A stretch of 32,000 nt of DNA from Allgaiera indica (GCF_900106675.1 NZ_FNOB01000001.1:204531-236530); one strand, 5' to 3'; shown: positions 1-9,481, counted from the stretch's first letter. Numbers and translations are program-made. Notes: generated from the sequence alone by a model not told the origin.

Positions 1-9
1 GTGGCTGCG

Positions 10-1038
10 CTATTTCGGATCCGGGCCGACACGCACCAGCTGTTTGCCGAAATTGCCACCCTCCAGCAACTCCATGAAGGCCGCGGGCGCGTTTTCCAGC
101 CCCTCGGCAATGGTTTCGCGGTAGTGGATCTTGCCCGATTTCACCAAGGGCGCGACCTCGGCCAGGAAATCGGGGCGGCGGTTCCACCGGTCGAAGATGA
201 TGAAGCCTTCGACCCGCAGACGCTGGCGCAGGATCGCCGACCAGACCAGAGGCGCGGGCGGGGCGTTTTCGGCGCCCGAATACCAGGCGATCATGCCGCA
301 AATGGCGATGCGGCCGAAATCGCGCATGTTGGGCAGCACCGCCTCCAGCGTCTTGCCGCCGACGTTTTCGAAATAGACATGCACGCCCTCGGGCGCGGCC
401 TCGGCGATCGCCGCGGTCAGCGCCTTGCGGTCCAGCGCGCGGTGGTCAAGGCAGACATCATAGCCCAGCTCCTTTTCCGCATAGGCGCATTTGTCGGCCC
501 CTCCGGCGACGCCGATCACCCGCATTCCCTTCTGCTTCGCCAACTGCCCGACGAGCGAGCCGACCGCGCCGGTGGCGGCCGAGACCACCACGGTTTCGCC
601 CGGCTGCGCGCCGCCCACGTCGTTCAGGCCGACCCAGGCCGTGGTGCCGGGCATCCCCAGCACGCCAAGATAGGCCGAAAGCGGCGCGGCGCCGGGGGTG
701 ATCTTTTCCAGCATGGTGCCGTCGCTGATGCCGTGGCTGGCCCAGCCGATCGGCGCGATCACCAGATCGCCCACGGCAAAGCCGTCGTGCTGCGACGCGA
801 TCACCTCGGCCACGACCTGGGCGGTCATCGTCTCGCCGATCTCGACCGGCTTGGCATAGCTCTTGGCCGCCGACATCCGGCCACGCATGTAGGGATCAAG
901 CGACAGCCAGATCGTGCGCAGCAGGACCTCGCCCTTGCCGGGCGTCGGCATCGGCGCATCTTCGAGGCGGAAGTTGGCGGGTTCGGGTTTCGCCTCGGGC
1001 CGGCTGGCCAGGACGATGCGCTGCATCTTGTCGCTCAT
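10..1038 (-). CDS. NADP-dependent oxidoreductase, medium-chain dehydrogenase/reductase family (YncB/CurA/alkenal reductase-like)
   Basis: ORF 10..1068 (-). Internal ATG at 1038 gives MSDKMQRIVLASRPE.... The N-terminal GroES-like region (GEVLLRTIWLSLDPYMRG) and a Rossmann nucleotide-binding stretch (SAATGAVGSLVGQLAK) are typical of zinc-free MDR reductases. Confidence 0.85.
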   Translation of the reverse strand: MSDKMQRIVLASRPEAKPEPANFRLEDAPMPTPGKGEVLLRTIWLSLDPYMRGRMSAAKSYAKPVEIGETMTAQVVAEVIASQHDGFAVGDLVIAPIGWASHGISDGTMLEKITPGAAPLSAYLGVLGMPGTTAWVGLNDVGGAQPGETVVVSAATGAVGSLVGQLAKQKGMRVIGVAGGADKCAYAEKELGYDVCLDHRALDRKALTAAIAEAAPEGVHVYFENVGGKTLEAVLPNMRDFGRIAICGMIAWYSGAENAPPAPLVWSAILRQRLRVEGFIIFDRWNRRPDFLAEVAPLVKSGKIHYRETIAEGLENAPAAFMELLEGGNFGKQLVRVGPDPK

Positions 1039-1102
1039 GTCTGTCTCCCTGTTCCTTTGGCGCCGCAAGCTAGGGCGCGGCGCGGCGACGGCAAGCGTGA
1101 CG

Positions 1103-2509
1103 CTACGGGATCAGCTTGCCGGGGTTGAGGATATTTTTCGGGTCCAGCGCCGCCTTCACCGCCCGCATCACGTCAAGCGCCACCGGATCCTTGCGCCGCG
1201 ACATGGTGGCAAGCTTCGACACCCCGATGCCGTGTTCGGCCGAGAAGCTGCCGCGCAGCTCGGCCACCACGTCCTCGACCGTCTCGGTGATCTTGTCGGC
1301 CAACGGCGCATCCGCGCTGGTCGGATAGACGGTGAAATGCAGGTTGCCGTCGCCCAGATGCGACACGGTCAACGTCTCGGCGCCGGGATCTATGGCGGGC
1401 AGGCGGGCATGGATGCGCTCAAGGAAAGTCGCCACCTGATCAAGCGGCACCGCAATGTCGCAATTGACCAGCGGATGGCGGCTGAGGGTGATCTCGGCGG
1501 CGGCCTCGCGGCGCGCCCACATCTCCTGGCGCTGGGCCTCGGAGGCGGCGACCACGGCATCGGTAATCAGGCCCTGTTCCAGCATTTCGGCCAGGGTATC
1601 CTGCAGCAGGGCGACGACCGGAACCGTGCCGTCGGGGCCCGGGGTCACGTCGCGCGGCGCGGTGGCGCCGACCTCGATCAGGATCGAGACCTCGGGGATT
1701 TCCTCGAAGGCGGGACGCCAGTCGGGGTGGACGGCGGCGAGGCGCTGCATGTAGACGCGAGGCATGAATTCGAAGGCCTCGACCGCGCCGCCGGTGGCCT
1801 CTTGCAAGCGGTTCAGCAGATCCAGCGCGGCGGGCAGCGCGGGCGCGGCGACCATGGCGGTGGCATGGGCGCGGGGTTTCGGCACCAGCTTCAGCACGGC
1901 GGCGGTGATGATGCCCAATGTGCCCTCGGCGCCGATGAACAGATCCTTCAGGTCGAGACCCGAGTTGTCCTTGTGCAGCTCGCTCATCAGATCCATCACC
2001 CGGCCGTCGGCAAGGACCACCTCGAGCCCCAGGCATAGCGCGCGGGTATTGCCGTAGCGCAGCACGTTGGAGCCGCCCGCATTGGTCGAAAGGTTGCCGC
2101 CGATCATCGCTGAACCGCGGGCGCCGAAGAACAGCGGAAAGGCAAGGTTCCGGGCGTCGACGGCCTCGTGCAGCTTCGACAGCACCACGCCGGCCTCGAC
2201 GATGGCGATGCGGGCGGCGGGGCGGATTTCGCGGATGCTGTTCATCCGTTCGAGCGAAAGCATCAGCACGCCTTCCGCCGTGGTGCCACCCGCAAGGCCG
2301 GTGTTGCCCGAAACCGGCACCACCGCCACCCCGGCCTCATGCGCAAGACGCATGCAGGCCGAGACCTCGGCGGTATCGGCGGGACGCAGCACCGCGCGGG
2401 GCGTCCAGCTGTAAAGCCCGGTCCATTCGCGACCATAGCGCTTGGCATCGGCGCCGGTCAGCACGTGGTCGCGGCCCAGGGTGGCGCGCAGCGCCTCGAT
2501 CAGTTCCAT
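1103..2509 (-). CDS. FAD-binding oxidoreductase (GlcD / D-2-hydroxyacid dehydrogenase family)
   Basis: 468 aa. FAD_binding_4-type N-terminus (AVVPVSGNTGLAGG) and FAD-linked oxidase C-terminal motifs (HLGDGNLH, AEHGIGVSK). Strong SD GGAGGGAGGA lies just upstream of the ATG at 2509. Confidence 0.85.
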   Translation of the reverse strand: MELIEALRATLGRDHVLTGADAKRYGREWTGLYSWTPRAVLRPADTAEVSACMRLAHEAGVAVVPVSGNTGLAGGTTAEGVLMLSLERMNSIREIRPAARIAIVEAGVVLSKLHEAVDARNLAFPLFFGARGSAMIGGNLSTNAGGSNVLRYGNTRALCLGLEVVLADGRVMDLMSELHKDNSGLDLKDLFIGAEGTLGIITAAVLKLVPKPRAHATAMVAAPALPAALDLLNRLQEATGGAVEAFEFMPRVYMQRLAAVHPDWRPAFEEIPEVSILIEVGATAPRDVTPGPDGTVPVVALLQDTLAEMLEQGLITDAVVAASEAQRQEMWARREAAAEITLSRHPLVNCDIAVPLDQVATFLERIHARLPAIDPGAETLTVSHLGDGNLHFTVYPTSADAPLADKITETVEDVVAELRGSFSAEHGIGVSKLATMSRRKDPVALDVMRAVKAALDPKNILNPGKLIP

Positions 2510-2618
2510 GTTGTCCTCCCTCCCCCGATCGTGCCCCGATGAGGGACCCGACCCCGGGCGAAGGTGGACCCAGGCTTCTTCCGGGTCAATGGGGGGCGGG
2601 CGGAACCGCCCCCCGGCG

Positions 2619-3263
2619 CTACTTCGCCTCGGCCAGCAACTTCTCGACCTCGGGGCCGATCGCGGCCACGATCAGCTTCACCCCCTTGGCCGAGGGATGC
2701 AGATGGTCGGACTGCATGTATTCCTGCATCGCGGCCGGCGTTTCGCCCTTCGCCTTCAGCGCGGCAAAGAAATCCGGCACCAGGAGCGCGTGATATTTCC
2801 GCGCAAGGTCCGGATAGACCGCGTCGAAGCCCGCCTCATAGTCCGGCCCGTAATTCGCCGGCGCCTTCAGCCCGATCAGCAGCACGGGAAGTCCCTTGGC
2901 GCGGATCGCCTGCAAGATCCCGTTCAGGTTCTTGCGCACCTCGGATACCGGCAGGCCGCGCAGCATGTCGTTGCCGCCCAGTTCCACGATCACCGCATCG
3001 GCCTTCTGGCCCAGCGTCCAGCCGATCCGCGCCAGCCCCCCGGCCGTGGTGTCGCCCGAGACCCCGGCGTTCACCACCGTCACGTCATGCCCATGCGCCT
3101 TCAGCCAGTCCTGAAGCTGCGGCGCGAATCCTTCAGCCTGCGGCAGCCCGTGCCCCTGGGTCAGGCTGTCGCCAAAGGCGATCACCGTCTGCCCCGCCGC
3201 CACCGGACCCGCCGCCACAAACGCAAGCACAACTGCGGCAAGAAACTTGCGCCCTCCGCGCAT
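2619..3263 (-). CDS. SGNH/GDSL arylesterase / thioesterase I-like lipase (TesA-like), secreted
   Basis: ORF 2619..3488 (-) trimmed to the ATG at 3263 (MRGGRKFLAAVVLAFVAAGPVAAG signal peptide). SGNH blocks are present: GDSLTQG, GGND, DHLHP. It is divergent from a YbbA/YbbP-like ABC pair, as tesA is in E. coli. Confidence 0.85.
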   Translation of the reverse strand: MRGGRKFLAAVVLAFVAAGPVAAGQTVIAFGDSLTQGHGLPQAEGFAPQLQDWLKAHGHDVTVVNAGVSGDTTAGGLARIGWTLGQKADAVIVELGGNDMLRGLPVSEVRKNLNGILQAIRAKGLPVLLIGLKAPANYGPDYEAGFDAVYPDLARKYHALLVPDFFAALKAKGETPAAMQEYMQSDHLHPSAKGVKLIVAAIGPEVEKLLAEAK

Positions 3264-3303
3264 TGTCCCATATCCCCATGGAAACACCGCCCGGAGGCCC
3301 ACG

Positions 3304-3984
3304 ATGACCGATCCGATCCTGACCCTGGCCGACGTGCGGCTGACGCTCGACGGCAATGCCGGGCCGGTCGAGATCCTGCGCGGGATCGACCTGCGGGTGG
3401 CGCGGGGCGAAACGTTGGGCCTGGTGGGGCCGTCGGGTTCTGGCAAGTCGTCTCTCCTCATGCTGATGGGCGGGCTCGAACGCGCCACCGGGGGCCATGT
3501 CCGCGCGCTGGGCCAAGACCTCGGGGCGATGAACGAGGATCAGCTGGCGCGCTTTCGCAGGGGGAATATGGGGGTTGTGTTCCAATCCTTCCACCTGATC
3601 CCGACGATGACGGCGCTGGAAAACGTCGCCGTGCCCCTGGAACTGGCCGGCGCCGCCGACGCCTTCGACCGCGCCGAGGCAGAGCTGGCGGCGGTGGGCC
3701 TGGGCCCCCGCGCCGGGCACTATCCCGGCCAGCTTTCGGGCGGGGAACAGCAGCGTGTGGCGCTGGCGCGGGCGGTGGTGACGCGGCCCGCGATCCTGCT
3801 GGCGGACGAACCGACCGGCAATCTCGACAGCGCTACCGGGGCCGCGATCATGGATCTGCTCTTCGATCTGCGCGAAAGCCACGGCGCGACGCTGGTGATG
3901 GTTACCCATGCGCCGGAACTGGCGGCGCGCTGCGACCGGGTGGTGGGCCTGGCCGACGGGCGCATCGCGGAGGGCGCGGCATGA
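3304..3984 (+). CDS. ABC transporter ATP-binding protein (YbbA/LolD-like)
   Basis: Start at ATG 3304 (MTDPILTLADV). Walker A GPSGSGKSS, ABC signature LSGGEQQRV, Walker B LLADEPT. Confidence 0.9.
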   Translation: MTDPILTLADVRLTLDGNAGPVEILRGIDLRVARGETLGLVGPSGSGKSSLLMLMGGLERATGGHVRALGQDLGAMNEDQLARFRRGNMGVVFQSFHLIPTMTALENVAVPLELAGAADAFDRAEAELAAVGLGPRAGHYPGQLSGGEQQRVALARAVVTRPAILLADEPTGNLDSATGAAIMDLLFDLRESHGATLVMVTHAPELAARCDRVVGLADGRIAEGAA

Positions 3985-6497
3985 GCCTTGCCCTTGCCGC
4001 CCGGCTGGCGCGGCGCGAACTGCGCGGCGGGCTGAAGGGGTTTCGCGTCTTCCTCGCCTGCCTGGCGCTGGGCGTCGCGGCGGTCGCCGCCGTCGGCATG
4101 GTGCGCGCGGCGATCGAGGCCGGCCTTGATCAGCAGGGCGCGGTGTTGCTGGGCGGCGACGCGCAGATGGAATTCACCTACCGCTTCGCGGACGCGGCCG
4201 AGCAGGCCTTCATGAAGGCCCATGCCAAGCGGGTTTCAGCGGTGGTCGATTTCCAGTCCATGGCGGTGGTGGGCGATCGTCACGCGCTGACCCAGGTGAA
4301 AGGGGTCGACGGCGCCTATCCCTTGACCGGCAGCGTCGGACTTTCCCCGGCAATGCCGCTGCAAACCGCGCTGGCCGGCGCGAACGGAGAGCCGGGCGCG
4401 GTGATGCAGAAGGCGCTGATCGAGAAACTGGGGCTGAAGCTGGGCGACAGTTTCCGCCTGGGTACGCAGAGCTTCCGCCTGATGGCGGTGCTGACGGACG
4501 AGCCCGACAGCGCAACCTCGGGCTTCACCCTGGGGCCGCGCACCATTGTGGCGACACCAGCACTGGCCGCCTCTGGCCTGCTGGTGCCGGGCGCTTTGTT
4601 TCGCACCAAGTACCGGCTGATGCTTGCGCCGGGCGCCGATCTGGCCGCGCTCAAATCGCAGGCGGAAAAGGCCTTCCGAGACAAGGGAATGCGCTGGACC
4701 GACCGGCGCAACGCGGCGCCGGGGATCGCAAGTTTCGTGCGCCGGATCGGCTCATTTCTGGTGCTGGTCGGGCTGGCGGGGCTGGCGGTGGGCGGCATCG
4801 GCATCTCGGCGGCGGTGCGCGCCTATATCGAGGGCAAGACCGCCACCATCGCCACGCTGAAAACTCTGGGCGCCGAAGGGCGACTGATCTTCGCGGTCTA
4901 TCTGATGCAGGCGGGCGCGCTGGCGGGGCTGGGCATCGTGCTGGGTCTGGCGCTGGGCGCGGCGATGCCGCTTCTGCTGGCGCCGCTGCTGGGCCGCATG
5001 CTGCCCTTTCCGGCGGAATTCGCGCTTTATCCGGTGCCGCTGCTGCAGGCGGTACTCTACGGGGCGCTGGCGGCGCTTCTGTTCACGCTCTGGCCGCTGG
5101 CGCGGGCGCAGGGAATGCGGGCAGCGGCGCTGTACCGCGACGACGGGCGCGGCCATGTGCCGGGGCCGCGAACCATACTGGCGGTTGCGCTGACGGCGCT
5201 GGCGCTGGTTGCCACGGCGGCGTGGTTTTCGGGGCTGGTGGTGCTGACGCTCTGGGTCGCGATGGGGGTGATCGCGGCGCTGGAACTTCTGTGGCTGGCG
5301 GCCTGGGCGCTGCGCCGCCTGGCGCGGCGGCTGGCGCGGTCGCGGGCCTTGCGCGGGCGCACGGCGCTGCGTCTTGCGCTGGGCGCGATCGGCGGCCCGG
5401 GGGGCGAGGCCGCCTCGGTCATCCTGTCGCTGGGCCTTGGACTATCGGTACTGGCGGCGGTGGGGCAGATCGACGGCAACATCCGCCGCGCCATCGCCAC
5501 GGACCTGCCCGAACGGGCGCCGGCCTATTTCTTCATCGACATCCAGCCCGATCAGATGGCCGGCTTCCTGAAGACCGTGAAGGCCGATCCCGCGGTGACC
5601 GGCGTACAGACCGCGCCGATGCTGCGCGGCATCATCACCAAGATCAACGGCCTGCCGGCCCGGCAGGTCGCGCCCCATTCCTGGGTGCTGCGGGGCGACC
5701 GCGGCGTCACTTTCTCGGCCCGCCCGCCCAAGGGCACCAAGATCACCGCCGGCGAATGGTGGCCGCCCGGCTACAACGGCCCGCCCCAGATCAGCTTCGC
5801 CGCGGACGAGGCCCGCGACATGGGGCTAAGCCTGGGCGACACGATGACGATCAACATCCTGGGCCGGGACATCACCGCCACGATCACCAGCTTCCGCAAC
5901 GTCGATTTCGCCAGCGGCGGGATCGGTTTCGTCATCGCGATGGACCCGGCGGCGCTGGCCGGCGCGCCGCACAGCGCCATCGCGACCGTCTATGCCGACC
6001 CGGGGGCGGCGGCGGGCATCGTGGGTGCGGTCGCCCGACACTGGCCGAATATCACCGCGATCTCGGTCCAGGGGGCGATCGACAAGGTCACCCAGGCGCT
6101 TTCGGCCATCGCGGCGGCCACCTCGGCCGCGGCGGGGGCCACGCTGCTGACCGGTTTCGCGGTGCTGATCGGCGCCGCCGCGGCAGGAGAACGCGCCCGG
6201 ATCTACGAGGCCGCCGTGCTGAAGACCCTGGGCGCCAGCCGTGCCCGCATCCTGGCAAGCTTTGCGCTGCGCGCCGCGATCCTGGGCGCCGCGGCGGGGG
6301 TGGTGGCGCTGTTCGCCGGCAGCCTGGGGGCCTGGGCGGTGATGCGCTTCGTGATGCAGTCGCCCTACCGGTTGGAACCCGGCCCCGCGATCGCGATCGT
6401 TCTGGGCGGCATCCTCGCGGTGCTTCTTGCCGGCGCCCTCTTCGCGCTGCGCCCGCTGGCCGCGCGCCCCGCCCGGATCCTTCGCGCCCGCGACTGA
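3981..6497 (+). CDS. ABC transporter permease, FtsX/MacB-type (YbbP-like), about 838 aa
   Basis: ATG 3981 overlaps the upstream stop (ATGA). MSLALAARLARRELRGGLKGFRVFLACLALGVAAVAAV starts a protein with many hydrophobic TM stretches and two large extracytoplasmic segments. It is the real C-terminal part of the artefactual 1351-aa ORF 2442..6497. Confidence 0.85.
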   Translation: MSLALAARLARRELRGGLKGFRVFLACLALGVAAVAAVGMVRAAIEAGLDQQGAVLLGGDAQMEFTYRFADAAEQAFMKAHAKRVSAVVDFQSMAVVGDRHALTQVKGVDGAYPLTGSVGLSPAMPLQTALAGANGEPGAVMQKALIEKLGLKLGDSFRLGTQSFRLMAVLTDEPDSATSGFTLGPRTIVATPALAASGLLVPGALFRTKYRLMLAPGADLAALKSQAEKAFRDKGMRWTDRRNAAPGIASFVRRIGSFLVLVGLAGLAVGGIGISAAVRAYIEGKTATIATLKTLGAEGRLIFAVYLMQAGALAGLGIVLGLALGAAMPLLLAPLLGRMLPFPAEFALYPVPLLQAVLYGALAALLFTLWPLARAQGMRAAALYRDDGRGHVPGPRTILAVALTALALVATAAWFSGLVVLTLWVAMGVIAALELLWLAAWALRRLARRLARSRALRGRTALRLALGAIGGPGGEAASVILSLGLGLSVLAAVGQIDGNIRRAIATDLPERAPAYFFIDIQPDQMAGFLKTVKADPAVTGVQTAPMLRGIITKINGLPARQVAPHSWVLRGDRGVTFSARPPKGTKITAGEWWPPGYNGPPQISFAADEARDMGLSLGDTMTINILGRDITATITSFRNVDFASGGIGFVIAMDPAALAGAPHSAIATVYADPGAAAGIVGAVARHWPNITAISVQGAIDKVTQALSAIAAATSAAAGATLLTGFAVLIGAAAAGERARIYEAAVLKTLGASRARILASFALRAAILGAAAGVVALFAGSLGAWAVMRFVMQSPYRLEPGPAIAIVLGGILAVLLAGALFALRPLAARPARILRARD

Positions 6498-6509
6498 CCA
6501 CGCCCGCCC

Positions 6510-6532
6510 TTTCATTGTTCTCCAAATACGCC
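6510..6532 (+). repeat. Copy A of a 23-nt AT-rich intergenic element TTTCATTGTTCNNCAAATACGCC
   Basis: TTTCATTGTTCTCCAAATACGCC starts 12 nt after the permease stop codon and is followed by GGCGGCGGCGG. Confidence 0.8.
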
Positions 6533-6545
6533 GGCGGCGGCGGTC

Positions 6546-7472
6546 TTAGCCCTCCAGCATCATCTGGTAGGAGGCGGGAACATAATGGAACCCCTGCCCG
6601 CGTGCCTCGACGAAACCCACCGCCGGAAAGGGCATGTGGTAGCCGATGAAGGGCACCCGGTCGGCGGCCAGCATCCCCAGCATCTTGCGCCGGGTCGCCG
6701 CGGCGGCGGGCTTGTCCATGTCGAACTTCACCTCCCAGTCGGGATGGGCCAGCGACCAGACATAGTGGTTCGCCGTGTCAGCGATCAGCAGCAGCCGCCT
6801 GCCCCCGCTTTCCAGGTGATAGCCCATATGCCCCGGGGTGTGGCCCGGCGCCGATAGCGCGGTGATCCCCGGCACCACGGCTCCGCCTTCGCCCAGAAAC
6901 TCGGTCTTCTCGGCCAGCGGCTTCATGTTGGTGTCGAACAGCGGGTTTCCGGCGGCAGCCCAATGGTCGTATTCATGGCGCCCCGTGACATACCGGGCAT
7001 TGGCGAAGGTGGCAAAGCCGCCGTCGGCCAGCCCGCCGATATGGTCGCCGTGCATATGGGTGATGACGACCACATCCACCTGATCGGGCGCATATCCCGC
7101 CGCCTCCAGCGCCGTGGTGATGCCGGCGGGGTCCAGCCCGGTGTCGAAAAGGATCAGCTCCTTGCCGGTGTTGACCAGCGTCGGCGTGAAGAAGAACTGC
7201 GCCACGTCGGTGGGCAGGAAAGCCGCGCGCGACGCCGCCTCGAACGCGTCGTTTGGTGTCGAGAGGCCGAAGATCTTGTGCGGCTCGGGCACCGCGCGGG
7301 TGGCGGCCAGCAGGGTTGTCACCTCGAAGGCGCCCAGCTTGAAGCGGTTGAAGGGAGGGCGCCCCCGTCCCTGCATCGGTGCCGCGGCGCGAGCGGCGGG
7401 GGCAAGCGCGCCGACAAAGGGCAGCGCGGCGGTGGCGGCCAGCGCGGCGCGCCGGGTCAATCTGGTGGTCAT
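6546..7472 (-). CDS. MBL-fold metallo-hydrolase with Tat signal peptide
   Basis: ORF 6546..7628 (-) trimmed to the ATG at 7472 (MTTRLTRRAALAATAALPFVGALAPAARA, twin-arginine motif). HxHxDH motif as ITHMHGDHIGG, plus a downstream PGHTPGH. Confidence 0.85.
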   Translation of the reverse strand: MTTRLTRRAALAATAALPFVGALAPAARAAAPMQGRGRPPFNRFKLGAFEVTTLLAATRAVPEPHKIFGLSTPNDAFEAASRAAFLPTDVAQFFFTPTLVNTGKELILFDTGLDPAGITTALEAAGYAPDQVDVVVITHMHGDHIGGLADGGFATFANARYVTGRHEYDHWAAAGNPLFDTNMKPLAEKTEFLGEGGAVVPGITALSAPGHTPGHMGYHLESGGRRLLLIADTANHYVWSLAHPDWEVKFDMDKPAAAATRRKMLGMLAADRVPFIGYHMPFPAVGFVEARGQGFHYVPASYQMMLEG

Positions 7473-7560
7473 GGGCTTTCTCCCCGAAGATCCTATCCGA
7501 AAGAATAGCACGCTTCGGGCCGATTCGGGGCATCGCGGCGCGGGCGGGGCGCGGCGGCGA

Positions 7561-7980
7561 TCATTCCCACCAGCGGTCGATCTGTGCGATCTGCGCGTCG
7601 GACCAGCCGAAATGATGCGCCAGTTCATGGACCATCACATTGGTGACCAGATCGGCCAATGTCACATCCCCGCGCGCCACCCATTCGTCAAGGATCGCGC
7701 GGCGAAACAACCAGATCGCCTGCGGGCGTTGCGGCTGATCGGCCACCGACGCCTCGGTCAGCGGGATACCGTCGTAAAGGCCGGTCAGCGTGTAGGGATC
7801 GTCGATGCCCAATTCGTCGAGCATCGTATCGGGGGCAAGATCGACAACGCGCAGCGCCAGCCTCTGCGCGGCGGTGCGATAGGTTTCAGGAAGCGCGGCG
7901 AGGCTGGCGCGGGCCAGCGCCTCGATCACCTCGGCGTCGGGGGCGGCGATGTCTTCCCAGCCGGTTTGCGGGTTGGTCAT
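7561..7980 (-). CDS. Small Zn-metallopeptidase family protein (minimal MMP-like / DUF1025-type)
   Basis: 139 aa. HExxHxxG motif present as MVHELAHHFGWSD near the C-terminus. Acidic N-terminal half. Confidence 0.75.
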   Translation of the reverse strand: MTNPQTGWEDIAAPDAEVIEALARASLAALPETYRTAAQRLALRVVDLAPDTMLDELGIDDPYTLTGLYDGIPLTEASVADQPQRPQAIWLFRRAILDEWVARGDVTLADLVTNVMVHELAHHFGWSDAQIAQIDRWWE

Positions 7981-8023
7981 GCGGTGCTCCTGCGGCGGAT
8001 CCGTGGGGAAGGCCGGTGCCGCA

Positions 8024-8046
8024 GGCGTATTTGGGGAACAATGAAA
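8024..8046 (-). repeat. Copy B of the 23-nt element (reverse orientation)
   Basis: The reverse complement reads TTTCATTGTTCCCCAAATACGCC. It lies about 23 nt downstream of the histidine kinase stop codon, on the same strand as that gene. Confidence 0.8.
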
Positions 8047-8069
8047 GGCAGGCGCAAGGGGGGGGCGGG

Positions 8070-9479
8070 TCAGGCCTTGAAGGTCAGCCGGACCAGAAGG
8101 CCGGGCCTGGCGTCGTCGAGTTCGAGGCGGGCCTCGTGCAGTTCCGCGATCACGGCGACCAGGGCAAGCCCCAGCCCGCTGCCCGGCGTGGTGCGCGAAC
8201 GTTCCAGCCGATAGAGGCGGCGCAGCACATTTTCACGCTCTTCCTCGGGGATGCCGGGGCCGGTGTCGGCCACCTCGAGCACCACCGCGCCGAGCGTGCG
8301 ACGCAGGCGCACGGCGATTTGGCTGCCCGCCGGCGTGTGGCGCAGGGCGTTCTCGATCAGGTTGGCCAGCACCTGGCCCAGCAGGCCTTTCTCGCCCATC
8401 ACCCTGGCCCCGCCCTCGCTGTCGCGGCAATCGTCGCTGAGCGAGATATGCTGGCCGCGGTCCTCGGCGCTGGGCTCGAATATCTCGACGAAGGTGCGCG
8501 CCAGATCCGACAGATCGACCGGGGCGAAGCGGGCCTTGGGGCTGCCGCCCTCGATCTGGGCGATTTGCAGCAGCGACTGGAAGGTGGCGACGATGCGGTC
8601 GGCCTCGGCCCGGGCGCGGGCGGCAAGTTCGGCATCCTCGGGGCTGAGGCTCTCGCGTTCCTCAAGCTGGTTGAGCATGACCGAGACCCGCTGAATCGGG
8701 GTCTTCAGGTCATGGGCGATGTCGGCCGAGACCTGGCGGAGCGCCTCGGTCGCGGCCTGCTGGCGGGCGGCCATCCGGTCGATGCGATCTCCGATCAGGC
8801 TCAGGTCGTCGCCGCGGCCGCGCATCTTGGGCACCCGCGCGGCCAGATCGCCGGTGGTCAGCCGTTCCAGCGTCGCGGTGATGCTTTCGACACGTGCTTT
8901 GGAGCGCAGCGCCAGCAGGATGCCGCCCCCCAAGGCCAGCGCGACGGTGGGCAGAAGCGTCAGGATCAGTACATTGCGGAACATGTCGCCCAGGCCGCTC
9001 ATCTGGTCGCGGCTTTGGGCCACGATCAGCTGACCACCGAAGAAGTTCCCGGCAAGGCCAAGGTAGTTGCCGCCCGAGCCCTTGGACCCCGGCGGCAGAT
9101 TGATCTGAAGATAGCCGTTCTGCCCGCGGCTGAGCGCCACGTTGCCAAACACCTGCCCATCGGGGGCCAGGTAGGTGAGGATGCGGCGCGAAGGGTCGGT
9201 GACCTGGGCCTCGGCCTCGATCAGCGCGGCCAGCGCGCCGGCCGAGGGCGCGGCGCGGAAACCCGCCATTTCCTGCGCCAGATCGGCGCGCATCGTGCCT
9301 TCCAGATTGTTGCGCACCACCATGTAGCTGGCACCGAAGGCCAGCGTGCTGACCAGCGCGAACAGCATCACCAATGCCAGCGCCAGGCGCAGCGGGGTCG
9401 AAAGCAGCAGGACGGACCAGCGCCGCGCCATGGCGCCGCCGCCGGGGCCCCAGGCGTGGCGGCTTGGCGCCGGCGCCAT
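8070..9479 (-). CDS. Sensor histidine kinase (two TM segments, HAMP, HisKA, HATPase_c)
   Basis: H-box SADIAHDLKTPIQ, N-box LANLIENALRHTP, G1 DTGPGIP, G2 GSGLGLALV. The start is either ATG 9479 (GAGG 8 nt upstream, 2 nt after the regulator stop) or ATG 9431 (MARRWSVLLL). Confidence 0.9.
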   Translation of the reverse strand: MAPAPSRHAWGPGGGAMARRWSVLLLSTPLRLALALVMLFALVSTLAFGASYMVVRNNLEGTMRADLAQEMAGFRAAPSAGALAALIEAEAQVTDPSRRILTYLAPDGQVFGNVALSRGQNGYLQINLPPGSKGSGGNYLGLAGNFFGGQLIVAQSRDQMSGLGDMFRNVLILTLLPTVALALGGGILLALRSKARVESITATLERLTTGDLAARVPKMRGRGDDLSLIGDRIDRMAARQQAATEALRQVSADIAHDLKTPIQRVSVMLNQLEERESLSPEDAELAARARAEADRIVATFQSLLQIAQIEGGSPKARFAPVDLSDLARTFVEIFEPSAEDRGQHISLSDDCRDSEGGARVMGEKGLLGQVLANLIENALRHTPAGSQIAVRLRRTLGAVVLEVADTGPGIPEEERENVLRRLYRLERSRTTPGSGLGLALVAVIAELHEARLELDDARPGLLVRLTFKA

Positions 9480-9481
9480 CG

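Noticed and set aside
2442-6497. 1351-aa ORF, the longest in the track
   Set aside because: Its first ~513 codons run antisense through the FAD-oxidase 5' end and the TesA-like gene, and out of frame through the YbbA-like gene. They give Arg/Pro/Gly/Ala-rich low-complexity sequence. Only the part from ATG 3981 (the FtsX-type permease) is credible. Long stop-free frames are expected at this GC content.
6546-7472. Calling the Tat-exported MBL hydrolase an N-acyl-homoserine lactonase (quorum quenching)
   Set aside because: Only the generic HxHxDH metallo-beta-lactamase-fold motif is visible. Substrate class cannot be inferred from sequence by eye.
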